Assembly (NCBI GenBank): GCA_040954595.2 | Contig: CM082584.2 | Coordinates: forward strand, 9,381,061-9,445,060 | DNA from: Balanoglossus misakiensis | Taxonomy: Eukaryota; Animalia; Hemichordata | Length of the DNA stretch: 64,000 nt | Direction: 5' to 3' | Shown: in pieces, positions 11,601 through 25,000 of the stretch | Position numbering within the stretch: position 1 is the first letter of the stretch | Layout of the letters: every line of letters begins with the position of its first letter | Translations under genes and position numbers: made by a program | Notes under the pieces: generated by a model | Seen by the model: the letters and a program-made list of their open reading frames with translations, nothing else | Database searches by the model: none | Told to the model about the DNA's origin: nothing

Positions 11601-14600
11601 TGCAAATTAAATGAAGATGCTTGCGCAATACTCATCATCACCTTCTTGGCAACGATAACAAGGTTTTCAAATCGGCGTGTGGCTCAGAGGTTAACGACCG
11701 TTTTCTCTTTAAATGAAATCAAATCCAAAAGGTCATCAATGATGTACATTTTTATTAGAGAATTAATTTAGAATCTGCCTATCGATATTTGAAATATAAT
11801 TAAGCCTGCCAATCTGTGCACTTTATGGGATATTTTGCTAAATTTGAATTGTTCATTTTTATTTTTATGTCAGACACGAACTCATCTATTTAAGTTTACA
11901 CTGCAATTTTGGAAGATTTGGTTAACAGGCCGATTTGTCAATTAATCCGCAAAATCTTGTGACGCATTCTACGTACCTGAAGAGGACAGTCTATTTTTCG
12001 CGTATGTACACCAAATAGTGTAAAGGGGAGATGACGCGTAAAAGCTCACTGTTTTAAAAAGGTGATGGTCGGCCGATTCCGCTAACGAGCTGCGAACTTT
12101 AGATGTTAAATCCATGGTGGGGATTTCGAAAGTACATAAGAACTTTTGAATACACAACAGAACGACACACAAACACAAAAACCTGTAACAATGGTTTGGA
12201 CACTACACACGAATGTCCGGCTCGTAAGACAACAATTAAGGTTCTCTCGACTGCACGTTCTCTCTGCTTCGCTGGTCATGCAGCCAGCACTGGCGACCAG
12301 GTTGGGACACGTAATGCACGAGGCACAGGTCTCATCATGCGATATTTCCTCCAGGGATACTTTTACAAAGTTTTTCACGCGTCATAAAATATATCACAAC
12401 AGCAAAGGACGAGGGAGTGTTTGCATTCCCCAGCCTAAAGTTATCGTTTCGGCTCGCGTGACACAAGAGAAAACAGGGAACGGACAAATGATCGATCATG
12501 ATGTTTTAAACACTGCACGACAAAACTTGTAGGATTTTTATGGCCAAGCATGTTTTATGACTTTCTATCTATGGTAGAATCGGACTGTGATTGTTGTTGC
12601 TTTTGCTGTGCTTGTCAATGACACGGAAATGAAAGTCCGAGAAATATAAAATAATGGGGGGCGTTTTGTTTTGTCGAAAGACGGGCGACCCCTGTTTTCA
12701 CCAGATTCGACAAAGTGGCCATAGTTTATTGGATATTTTATGGACCTTAGCATCGCCCGTCAAAACACCTGCATGGACCACCCACCCGAGTGTCCAACAT
12801 TTTCGTTGGCCGAGTCCCAATAGATGAGCCCAGTCCTACGTACATGTATAAATATATAATCGACAGACGTTGTGAAGTTTCAAATGCTGGATTTAGAATC
12901 GCAATAGTTACTGGTACGTACGCTATTAAAAGTCACTGACAATGCAGATTGTGAAATTACACGCAGCGGGCATGGGGAAGGACGCGTGTACAATTAACAT
13001 CGTTTACTCGGGACGTTTGTCATTATTACAAAATTTCGAAGCGGGACATTGAGTTTTCCTCTCCAGTGAAGTATGTCGATGTCAGGTCTACCTATCTATA
13101 GGAAATGTCAAATCCGTGTACAAATGAAGCTAATACAGCCTGAACCCCCTCCCCCACAGAATGTACACTCTATCGCTGACTGGCAATATATACAGTACTA
13201 TATAGAGAGAGAGAGCTCCACAAACAAAGCGTTGTTCAGTACATATTAAAAAATCTAAATATAATGAAATTTTAAACGGATTATATACTTACGTGCTACC
13301 TAGTTTCATTATTTATAACAGCATATTGCATGTGACGAAATCGTCCCGAATCTGACACTTCTGGGGAGGGGGGGGGGTCAAGGAACGTGATGTTTCGCAC
13401 ACTGTTGGCCTTGGACGTTTCACGTGGGAGTGCCGTGGTGCGATTATTCCTGCCAATAGTAGTATAGGCGAGCGACTATTGTCTATTACTGTGTGTGGGA
13501 GTGTAGACGTGTACGTATACACACAAATATCGCAGGTCATGAGCTTTTCCTGTCGTTGTCACATGAAAGAGCCCGATCTCCGTTAATAAATAGTCGATTT
13601 AAGTGCATACGGTGAAATCAAACTGCATGATGTTTATAGGGAAAAGGTGACAATTTTTCCTCAGGCTTGTTGCATATACACACGCACAAGACGATATTCA
13701 CTTAAAAACGCTATCGGATTACCAGTGTTATCAAAACTATATACGAAGAAGACGTCCTTCTAGAAAACATTCGACTCATCCTTCATCGAAACCCGCAGGG
13801 ACGACGGTATATATTTTTTAATTCAGTATTGTCGTGTTCATTGAAGCAAAGCCGCTTATAGGCTGCTGCACGTAGATGCACACGGTCATTACGTCAGTCA
13901 CAAAGGATGCAATCTTGGCTAATGGAACTAGGAAAGATGAAAAAAGCTTCCCCTATCCTTCAAGTCGGTGTATTTATCCTGTATATTGATATAACCGCGA
14001 GTTGAAGTCTCACTACGAGTCACTAACAGTCGATGTTAGCGATAACGTCAAATGCAGTAGGAGCAGCACCGACCTAGCTATATGTTATTTTTGCAACAAG
14101 GCAAAACAGTGGTACGCCCCATCACAACAGACACGCAAACACCTCTATACTGAGTATATTAAACCTTCAACAACAAACGGCGCAGCGGTGGACTATAAGC
14201 GATTAATGGTGGCATATGGCACCACTGTGAAATTGCCATGAATGAAATTCCAATAGGTTTGGGAAATAATTAGGTTTGGACACAGATTTCCCACCGTCTT
14301 CTCGCGTGGGGTTTTTTTGGCCGGTAAATGCCCCCAGGGGGGTCAACCAGGGTTTACTGAAGGGATATGTTCACCCTAGAACAAAATACACGTAAACAAC
14401 TATAGGGCTTATAGTGCTCTGACCTAGTATCTAGAATACCTTTTGATCCTTTGGTAAAGCTAGGACAATAAAAACTCCTAGACTAATGGTGCTCGTAAGG
14501 CGTAATTTATTAGCAATTAATTGAAAAATAGAATGATAATTTTGTGACAGACAACCTACTCCAGCTTGTTTACCTGTAAACGCTGCCACCATGTTCAACA

Positions 14601-17600
14601 CGGAAACGTATCACCACTTGACTCTCTGGCGAAAATCAATACAGGTCGCGCAATTGTGGGTTAGAAAACTTCAACTTTCTTTGCATCGCTTAGTGGAGAG
14701 GAGGGTCAAATATTGCATGGTCAGAGCGGGAAACTGTCCTAAATAGATTGAGCCGAGGGAACACTTCCCGTTTCACAAATATAAAACAAGCTGGCATGTC
14801 AGACTATTATGAGAACAATCTCTCTCTGGTTCCACCAGTATTCACTGGATTTCGTTGAATTTTCCGGTCTTTGAACAAACAAAACCACACACGCACATCG
14901 TCACTGAGTACGTGCTGAATGCTCATTTGGTAAAATCACTCTCAGAAAGTGTTACGTGTTTCTCAGAAACCTCCCTTCATCAATCTTTCGTCGTGCGACC
15001 CTTGCTTCATAGTTCAGCACCACAGGTGCACTTGCTGTATGTAACCTCCATAAATGTAATCACCTCAATAAATCCAATACCAACCGGTCCACAATTGGAA
15101 TAAAATCGCCCACTAATGTAATAAAACGGCCAAGCGTAAATGTAAGAACACGCAAGCATAAATGTATACATGCAAAACAACCATATCAGGTTTATTTTTC
15201 GGAAGCTAGCCACAGTATCTTTTCATTGACACTCTTCCTTTTGCTGCAGTGACTGCATACTTCGGTCTTATTACATTGTCAGCTGCTGACTTCTGTCAGA
15301 CGATCTGCGTATAACTACAAGCACCTGTGGTCATCACGACACATTCTGCCAATCAACATCTTCGGGCAAACTGGCCAATAGTAAACCGGGTATGAACATT
15401 TCGTGTCAACGAGACAAACAGAAGAAACATTCACAGACAGTCCATTGCCTAAAATAGGTCAAGTGTTAGACAGTATCACAGGTTGCGAGGGTGTACAAGA
15501 AATACTGTCAATGTTACATATAGGGGCGAAAATTCAGGGCTTCCAGAACGAACGTTTCTTACCTCGAATATAGTGAGTCTGCCTGACGATATTGACACTG
15601 CCTGAAATTTGAATTACTCGCGTCGTCCACGGTCAAGTGTTAGGCTTAGATCCTGACTGTCAGACTTCAACCTGTTTGTCAGCGCGGCTGGGTATATCCG
15701 CTTAACATGCAGACTAGACTAGATCTCGTTTAGTTGCAAGTCGGCACTTTACCCTGGCTGAACCGGAACACGTCAGTGATTGGTCGGGAACGGCGTCACT
15801 TTCTATATGCGTAGACTGCAGTGTACATCGACCTATAAATGAAACAGACTGACCCGTCTCACGCATCCCCCGATACAGCCTGAGGGGATTCTCCGTGTCG
15901 CAGTCGTTATGGAAAATTTGATAATACGATTTCCTGTGTGCGTGAAGAAGTTAGACTATCATTTCTACGACTGTATTCGCCAGCAGCGCCGCGTATTAAA
16001 TCGAATGCCTTTTTATCAATACAAAAGATGTGCTGTATATAAATCCTGCATACAGATTGCGACAGGTGAACTCTCTGGAACAAATAGCAACGTGTGCAAT
16101 CAGTGATTATGTTGGCCAGACGCGTCATGCGTCTTTTCTTTTACCATAGAAACGGGAAACACTGTGAAATTCGAGATACATGTATATTAAATGTATGCTA
16201 AAATAAAAAAAAAAGCTACCCGCATGTTAGCATTAGTATAATTTTAAAACCATATGGTATATAATTTTATATGAGTTAGTCCGTCGGTCAACATGAATCC
16301 TCTGCTGAAATTGCGAATCTACCTCTACAAATATTTGAGTCTTGCAGATACACCGTTCATTCACGTTTGCCTATTGAAATGCATCTCGTGGTTTCAAATT
16401 GCCTGCTTTTGAAGAAAAGTACACTGTATTATGAGGCTTGTATTCGAGATGGAAAATGGCGAACTTACATGACGCTACACCTTTTTGCTATTAAGTGGGT
16501 CTACATACATTAATGTGTCAATCGTGCAGTCTGTCTTAATTCTTAAATTCCAATTCTTTAACACATTTCCCCATCTTTTGGGATTTACACTTTTACACTT
16601 TTATCCTCGTGTCAACAAATCGCTTACTCACATCCCATGTGACTTTTGAGCATTCATCACATTCATTATTTTTGACCGCGGCAACCTTGCTGTTTGGCAC
16701 ACCAAGGTTTCAATATGTTTAGGGAAATTGCCAGGGCATACGTGTTATACGACTCTTCAATTTGATATCAGATTAGCTGAACACAATTACTCATCTCCAG
16801 GCAAGGTCTAGTATATAGTGGACCGTTAGTTTTTTTCCCATATGGCTATCAGACACACCACAGAGCGCTGTGTTCAAACCTGCACCGCCCGCAAAGATGT
16901 GTTAATGCGAATGCAACAATGACTTTTTGCACATATCACCGGGTATTCCCTGGTTTTAAATTGGTGCGTTGCAGGTGTTGCATTATCAAGGTTGTTTCGA
17001 CCATAGCCATCGTTACCTTCATTCTGTCCGCGGCGCATCAACAGACTGCCCTTGCGATACTGGGCTGAATAATAATAAACCTATTTAAAAGACATCTGGC
17101 AGTAAACCTATTTTGGCATTTAAGCCTTTCCAACTGTAAACTATGGCATGACGGTTCTCCCCCCCCCCCCCGAATATTTAAATACTGTAATTTTATAACG
17201 GGTTATTGAATGATTAGTCAGGTTGGCCTCCATCAGGTACGTGTAAGCAAATCCAACATTGTGGTCTCAATGGCCTAGTTTAAAATTCGCATAAACCTAA
17301 TTCGTCTAATGGAGTTCATGGGGTCCTCGTTCGTCATTGTGGAAGCCGCCGATGTGCGGTTGTCGACCGAGAGCTCATTTACTTGGGCCGTTGCTATTTG
17401 TATTTTTGATGATATAAATAGCTGTGTTTGTGGTATAGGCAGGCGATATTACAATGACGGCAAGGATGCAGCTCGTCACACAGTGGACATTTTAAAATTA
17501 AAACTATATTAAGCGGGTCCAAACCAACAGATATGTATTCAACAGCATCGTGACGAACGCGGTAATTAAAGTTATCCCGTGACAGTATTTCGTCCTTCTA

Positions 17601-19514
17601 GTTATTGTGTCGGACATGTTTCGCTATTTTTGACACAAATGCGCAACTATGTCCATTGAAATTATTTGTCTCGCGCACGGACATCGTGACTTCTGCGAAG
17701 AATGATCCCTAGAAATTATTCTGCTTTTAGACACATCCATTTTTAAACTGAACTGAACTGAGAGGTTCCAAGTCAAAAACATTTAATTTGCCCAAGAATG
17801 GATTGGAATCTCCTGATCACATATCTCTCCCGGCGTTAATAATTTCCAATATTGAGAACCTTGGCATTTCGACGAAGTATTTATCTAGCTTGCTATAATT
17901 ATTTGTACGATATAAACAGTCTTCCTTTATAATATGAACGATTCGATATTTTTTATGAATTTCCTGATGTATACAATGTATGTCCACGCGCACAGATTTT
18001 GGTTAGCTTAGCTTACGGGTAAACGTGTTTTTTTTCCTCGATGGGATTTGGAGATATTTTTTTAAAAGGTTAACATTTATTCTATTAATACATTCGGTTT
18101 TTATGTTTTACCGCTAAGCAGGCAAAGAGGCGTCAGTGCCGCGAGCGCCGTAGATACATGTCATAGATGCTTAAATATGAAAATATAAGACTTATTTTAT
18201 CTTTGTAAAGATAATACTGTCGCAACACTCGTGCCCTTTCGATCGGCAACTTTATTTCACCCGTTGGGAGGTCGGGTAGTCTCGGGGGTGGCAATCTGCG
18301 ATGGTAAACAGACAGAAAGGACAATAGTTTTATGCCGAAGGCCGGTGACGGTTTTTTGATGAGTTTCAAGAGACGCTGTGACGTCACTGGAGCCAAGAAG
18401 CACAGCACATGACAACCCCCAACGGAAGAATCTTTCGATGTAGTGAAAATACAGACGAGTCTTCTGCATATGTGCTAGCCAATTTAATTTATCCGTCTAC
18501 ACTCAGTGCCATTCTGATGGAAATCGGCAACGCTCGCTCTGACAACTGTTGCCAGCACATAAAAGGGATATCACATTGCAGATCTGAGGTTCCCGAGAGT
18601 TTATTCAGTGTGCACTCGCCTGGAAATTCAGGATGATATTGACATGCTCTGCTGGCCAGCCATGGCAAGAAAAAACACCATTGTGGTTGCACTGACAGAC
18701 ATCACCGTGAAATGATACTCTTGAAATGCACATGGGGCATTCAGGCAATGCTTTGAAATGGACGACAGCATTGAAATGATCCTTCTGAAATGGACAATGG
18801 TACAGACGTGCGCAGCATGGCGAGGGGAGATCTCAACGAATCAAATCAGTGGAACTTTGTTGCGACGAACAAATATCACACTCGTGAAATATTTATTCCA
18901 TGGACACTGTTGCCAGGCGATTATTTGAATAATTAATGAATGGAATCAACCTGGCTGATGACTCGATTTTCAATGAGGGGGCAGTTGCAATCACCCCATT
19001 TCAATATTTTTACTGACTTTGTGAAACATTTCACTCATTTCTGCAAAAATTATTTGAAAGTAGCCTCTCGCCTACTATAAAGACTAGAAAGTGAGACAGA
19101 GAAATTTCCAAACCCGTTCAAGTAAATGCATCACATGATCTTTTATAATAAGCTTGACATGAAAGGTGAATGAACTGATAAAAGCATGCATTTGCACAGC
19201 CAAAAATCTCTTTTATCTGAATTTTTTGCACGTTAGTGGCAAGAAAAGAAGCATTAAAGTGAAAAGAACACTTTCTAAGGAAGTCATCACAAAAACTTCT
19301 CACTGGCAAAAATGTTGCTTAATAGAATCATCACTGCAAAAGTGACATCTGACAATCTAAATCAAGTTCAGTTAAAAAAGTGAGTGACTTTGCTTGACAT
19401 GAACGCAAACTGGTACACCTTCACTCTGTGTGCATGTTCCCTGATGATAGATGATTCCTTGGCGTCTGCCGGGAATGAGCGACTGCAATCCGCGGCTGAA
19501 AACAGGGATTAACG

Positions 19515-20969
19515 CTATCCGCTTGATGGTTCCGTCCTGCACATGATGGATAGCCGCCTGTCCCGAGGCACCGCTCGTCCCATGAAGACGGACTCTGAAT
19601 CTTGTAGGATCTCGTGCGTGTAGTCCAATCTCACTGTGTCTCTGTATAAATCGGGATGAAATAAATGACATGTTAGCCTAGGGAGCTCTACCACTCACCA
19701 CCCTGTGTTCACTGAAGGGTTGAAAGAATAGAAAGGAATGCAGGTAAAAGCAACTTGAGAGTTTGAAAGACAAATAAAGAAACACACTCAGAGAGCGTGT
19801 GGAATGAAAAGTATTGAGTTGGTGGATGTGTTCAGCATGTACCATAAACTTACTTGGGGTAAATGAAGTACATGCACCATGTCCTTAAGTGTGTTGCCAG
19901 ACCACTCGAAATTGCAACATGTGTGCTATTGGGTGCCACATACTGAAACAATGTCAAGTTCGCAATCGATGAAAAGTAAATCATGATTAATGGGAACGTC
20001 ACTCGGAGGTGACTTTGATCTCTCACCTCATTATGTACAGCGACCTTGGTTGAAGCAGCACATCAATTTTGATTTCTTTGTGCTTGTCGTGGACCAGTCT
20101 CATTATCGAGCTGGAGAGCAGGCTTATGCCCGTGATGGTGTTACCACAAAACTGAAAAGTTCAAAAAGAAAGAGACTGTAATGGAGAAAAAAGAGAAGTC
20201 AAGATAATTCAAGGTTGTGGGCTAACCCTGTCTATTTTCAGGTCCAGTGATAATTATTATACACGTACATAAAGTATACTTACCCTAACACTGTCAATAT
20301 GTGGTTTGATGTAACCGTCTTTAGCCAGGTCAATTACGTGAACCAGTGACAGCTGCATCGCGTCAGAAGGAAATGCAATATCTCTCACTCTCTGGATGAT
20401 TTTTTGGTTTCTTTCCGTCCACCTTGAGAACTCGGTTTCCTTGTAGCCATGTATTGCCTGCAAATTGATGTTGTCATACACTCATGCAACTTGCTATCAG
20501 TTTTTCTGTAGTTCAATACAACTTTTCATCTGTTTGTGGTTAAACTTTGGTTTTGAGAAGCTTTTTATGTACAAATTAAATATATAAGTGTCGACCAAAA
20601 GTGAAAATATCGAAAGAAAGCACGCCCTCTTACGTCGTCCCAATGGTCATATTCGTATCGCATCCTCTTCATGTATCTGTCAATCTCTTTCTGGAGCGAT
20701 TGCTCATCGTCTTCAGTCAAGAAGTCCAAATACAACTTGTAACCCTCGATGACCTTCCTCTTAATGTCATCGTTGCACCCTTCGTGAAAATAATAGAAAT
20801 CCTCGATCGGAGCCGCCTTGTAAACATTCCCCTGCTGACGATCGCCCACCTTCTCGTACTGTTCTTTCGATTCAGTGGAGAAGAGCACTCGAAAAGTGCG
20901 ACGCGTTGCGAACTTACACTGCTCTGACCACATCAGAGGACATCTACGAATTAACCTTGTCAGCGACAT
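19515..20969 (-). CDS. ALKBH7: Mitochondrial alpha-ketoglutarate-dependent dioxygenase AlkB homolog 7; exons ~20634-20969, 20284-20457, 20029-20152, 19515-19642
   Basis: Arg-rich transit-like N-terminus followed by RYEYDHWDD|AIHGYKETE..HVIDLAKDGYIKPHIDSVR|FCGNTITGISLLS..LLQPRSLYIM|..YTHEIL..PRDRRLSIMCR. These give the HxD..H..R 2OG-Fe(II) residues in their ALKBH7 context. Confidence 0.93.
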
Positions 20970-20989
20970 CACTGCGGAAGCTACAGTGT

Positions 20990-21460
20990 ACCTCAATTCA
21001 ATAAAATAAACAGATTACGAAAAAAAAATTCTTTACTTTCACGATCCAATGGGCGCAGCCATTTTGTCTTGGAATGACTACAATGTGAACTATAGATGGC
21101 GCTTATGTAACCTCGTTTGCTGAGAAAGTTAACGGGACTCGAACAACGGCAGGATATCCGAAGAATAAAACAACGCTTAGTTTCAGCTTATTAATAATTT
21201 TGAATGTTAAATGCAAAACATACCTCCAATAACTTTTAAGTATGCTAATTTTGTTGCGTTTTGGTTAAAGATAACTCTTTTCTGCGAGCCAGACAACACA
21301 AATACAAAGGTCATCGCTCTCGCTTTGCGCATGTCCAGTTGACATAGCAACGCGTATCGAACACAACAACCAGGCACTATTCGACTGTGGGACGAGTCGA
21401 CACCAGTGCTATCGTTTCTGACTGTATTATATCAAATTTGGCAGAATTAGAAGGTGAGTT
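20990..21460. promoter_or_regulatory. Bidirectional promoter ALKBH7/CFAP57 with an RFX X-box (21338-21351)
   Basis: GTTGACATAGCAAC X-box just upstream of a probable non-coding CFAP57 first exon (donor AG|gtgagt at ~21454). Also NRF1-like TGCGCATGT at ~21326, and CCAAT plus YY1-like GCCATTTTG at ~21046-21066 on the ALKBH7 side. RFX control of motile-cilia genes is established. Confidence 0.7.
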
Positions 21461-22065
21461 TGAAGACCCATTCGAACAAAATAGCCTGTTGTATGGTTTA
21501 GCTTACACAGCGTTCAATTTAATGTGTTTATTCATCAAGGGTTGTCGAAAGAATATTCGAGTTTTGGAACGTACATGTTGCTTACCACTGGCGATGTCAG
21601 TGGTAACGGATATCGCAAGGAATATATTGAACACATATGTATTTTTTCTGGAGTTTGGAAGCAGTTTTGTATTTTCAACGTTTATTACAACACGTTTATT
21701 TTATTGAAATTCTGGAACATAAACAGCAAAGAAAGTCGAGGCCTTACCTTCATCACTCTGACCATGCTCTGACATACACTCTCAAAGCAATGTATCAACA
21801 TTGAAATTGACATACAATTGTATGGATTATAGGTATTGTTTACAACCATAAGAAATGCACATGTGACAACACAGACATTTTTTGGCTATATTTCATTATT
21901 TAACCGGCCCAATATGACACACCCATATCATATTTCTGTAACATATTTAAGTTTCATTCTTAAATGATGAGCAAAGACTTGGATGAATATTAATTAATGC
22001 GTGTGATATTTCATCTCCATCCACAGGTATATGTACTCATAGCGAAGCAATCACACAGTGCCAAA

Positions 22066-25000
22066 ATGTCGATTGCTGTGGCACAAGCACGCCACGTGTT
22101 TGGTCTGAAGGGAGACGTGGTCGGTAACATATGCTACCAAGATGAGCAGACCATCGTCTACCCCTGCGGATCCAACATCATCCTATATAACATTGATCAA
22201 AAAGCACAGAAATTCATCCCGGGCTCAGATAAAAGCCTGGGTATAACAGCCATGTGTGTGAGCCCGAACCGAAGGTACGCCGCCATCGCCGAGAAGGGCG
22301 CGGAAAAGGCTACCATCACCATCTATGATCTGCACTCCTTGAGGAAGAGGAAAGTGCTGAGTTCCAGTGAGGTGGCTTCGACCGAATATGTCAGCCTGGC
22401 ATTCAGCCCCGACTCCAAGTACCTGATTGCTCAGGGCGGTCGCCCCGATTGGCATCTGCTCTACTGGACCTGGGAGAAATCCAAAGTCATGGCCGTCACC
22501 AAAACAACTAACCAACAGAATAATGATGTTTACCAGGTAAGCTGCAACTGCATGTCTAGTAACAATGTCATCATGCAAACCAGTCATTTGGCCTAAAATG
22601 TCATCCTTTAATTTGATCAATTTTCATCTTGTAGGTTTCCTTCAATCCGCAAGACAACACACAGCTCTGTGTCGTTGGCAACGGGATCTTCAAGCTGTTC
22701 CGTTACAGCGAGGGAAACTTGAAACAGTTTGCCTTCCAGAAGATGGATCCGCAGAATTTCCTCTCCCATGCCTGGGTGTCCGATGAGAGAGTCATCGTCG
22801 GTACCGACACTGGCCGTCTCTTGCTCTTTGAGACCGGTGAATTGAAGAACGAATTGTCTATTCAGTTCTCTGCACAAAAATCGGAAGACAAGTAAGTCAT
22901 CCTGTATTATAGCTACAAAAGTTCATCCACATACACAAGCATACACTGGGCTAACAGCGGGTCAGCTCAGTGTTATCTATATTTCAACTGATATTTGAAT
23001 AGCCTGAATGACAGCTCTGCCATTGTTCCATTTCCAGGGAACGGATGGGAAGTATATCGGAAGAGGAACCATCTCAGCCATCTGGTCCGCCAAAAGTCAC
23101 CTCTGTGGTTGCCTATTCTAAGGGCTTTGCATGTTCCGGTGGTAGTGGCACTGTGCATCTCTATGAGAAGACTGACGACAAGGACTCTTACAAGAAAACC
23201 AGAGAAATCAAAGTAAGAAGATTATTATTCTTAATCAGAGTTGGAGATAGTGTACTTACATTTTTTTTTGCTATTGACCATTATCATTATGAAGCTGACT
23301 ATTGTAAAATTATTCACAGTTTGCCAGCAGCTTATCAATAAATACTAATAGTAGGCAGGAAAAGTAAAATGTCCATCCCTACTTTCTGTAGGTTCCTCAA
23401 GACCCCTCAACTAGTGCCGACCCGAGCAAGTCGGAAAACCATGAAGTGAACTGGTTGACTGTGAGTCCGTCCGAAGAAACCTTGGTGGCAAGTACCAAAA
23501 CGAATCAGCTGTATTGTATGGGACTCTCCAGTGCTGACATTGGAAAAGTGAGTACAGTGTTTAGTAATGGTTAAGTTTTCAGTGTTGTTTTGATCTGTAA
23601 CTGTTTATAGAATGGCATGCTCTGACAGTTTCTGATGAAAAATTTCCTAGTAATGTCTGCAAGTACCCCGTCCACTACTTAATATGAGCAATGTTTGATT
23701 ACAATGTGTCCTTTTTTATCACAGGGTGATCAAGCCACCTTTGAAGTATTAGCCCAACCGTTCCATCATGGCGCTGTGATGGGCCTGGACGTCTGCATCA
23801 GGAAACCACTCATTGCCACCTGCTCTGTCGACAGATCAGTCCGTATCTGGAATTATGAAACAAAGTAAGTTGGACCCACCCTTCCACCTTAGCCCCCTCC
23901 CCACCATCAGACCTTGCGTTATCTTGTGCATTTTATGGTGTTTTTAGCCCAGTACTTATCAAATAAAGAAACTAAACCTGAACAAAGAGGTTACTTACAT
24001 GTGTGACAATGTCAGATTCCCCTTGGCAGTATTATAACTCATTTTAAACTCTCTTCCAGTTCTCTTGAGTTGTACAAGGAGTTCCAGGAGGAAGCCTACA
24101 GCATTGCCTTGCACCCATCCGGTCTTTACATCTTAGTTGGTTTCAGTGACAAGCTGCGTCTGATGAATTTACTGATCGATGATATCCGCACGTTCAAAGA
24201 GTTTACCATCAGAGGCTGTCGGGAGGTGAGAATCAATTACCTAAATTGTACTTTTAAACTGATGTAAATCTTGTTTGGATGAAACCACATGAGCCATCAA
24301 TTTCACTGTGATGCTGCAAAATGTTGCGTATTAATGAAATAAAATTTTGAATTTGTATACTCTCACAGTGTTCATTTAGCAACGGCGGCCATCTATTTGC
24401 CGCGGTCCACGGCAACGTGATCCAGATCTACTCCTCCACCACCTACGAGAACATCAACAACCTGAAAGGCCACAACGGCAAAGTGCGCTCGGTGGTCTGG
24501 AGCGCCGACGACAGCAAGATCGTCTCCTGCGGCATGGACGGCGCCGTCTACGAGTGGAACGCCTTCACGGGCAAGCGCGAGGGCGAGAGCGTGCTGAAGT
24601 CCTGCAGCTACACCAGCGTGGCCATCACCCCGGACGGCAAGACCACCTTCGCCGTGGGCTCCGACTGCACCCTGAAGGAGATCTCCGACTCGCAGATCCT
24701 GCGCGACGTGGAGACCAACGAAATGACTCTCACCCAGGTGTCCATGTCCCACAGCGGAAGAATGTTGTTTTCCGGTACTAACAGCGGAGCGTTGCGATCC
24801 ATGAAGTTTCCACTGACAGTACCTGGAGAGTGGTCGGAGTACATGGGGCATGGAAGCGCCATCACAAAGGTGAGTGTCAAACTCATGAGCTGATCAACTG
24901 ACAGGTGAAGTCTCCTGTCAACGAAATGATGATTCCTGTCAAGTTTCTTTTTCTACCTTGAATAAAAAATAATATCTCGGTCTGTTCTTTATTTTTCTAG

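Noticed and set aside
16800-17080. B-box-like GTTCAAACC (~16872) with an A-rich tail, suggesting a tRNA or SINE
   Set aside because: No cloverleaf or convincing A-box. It could be a decayed SINE, but this cannot be supported without a repeat library.
18705-18800. TGAAATG recurring five times, superficially array-like
   Set aside because: The units are short and irregularly spaced in a eukaryotic context; this is not a CRISPR array or a clear tandem repeat.
24393-24886. Long antisense and alternative-frame ORFs over CFAP57 (similar ones over SYK 44547-45053 and TOPORS 52985-54418)
   Set aside because: They are shadow ORFs caused by high GC3 or low-complexity coding on the real strand.
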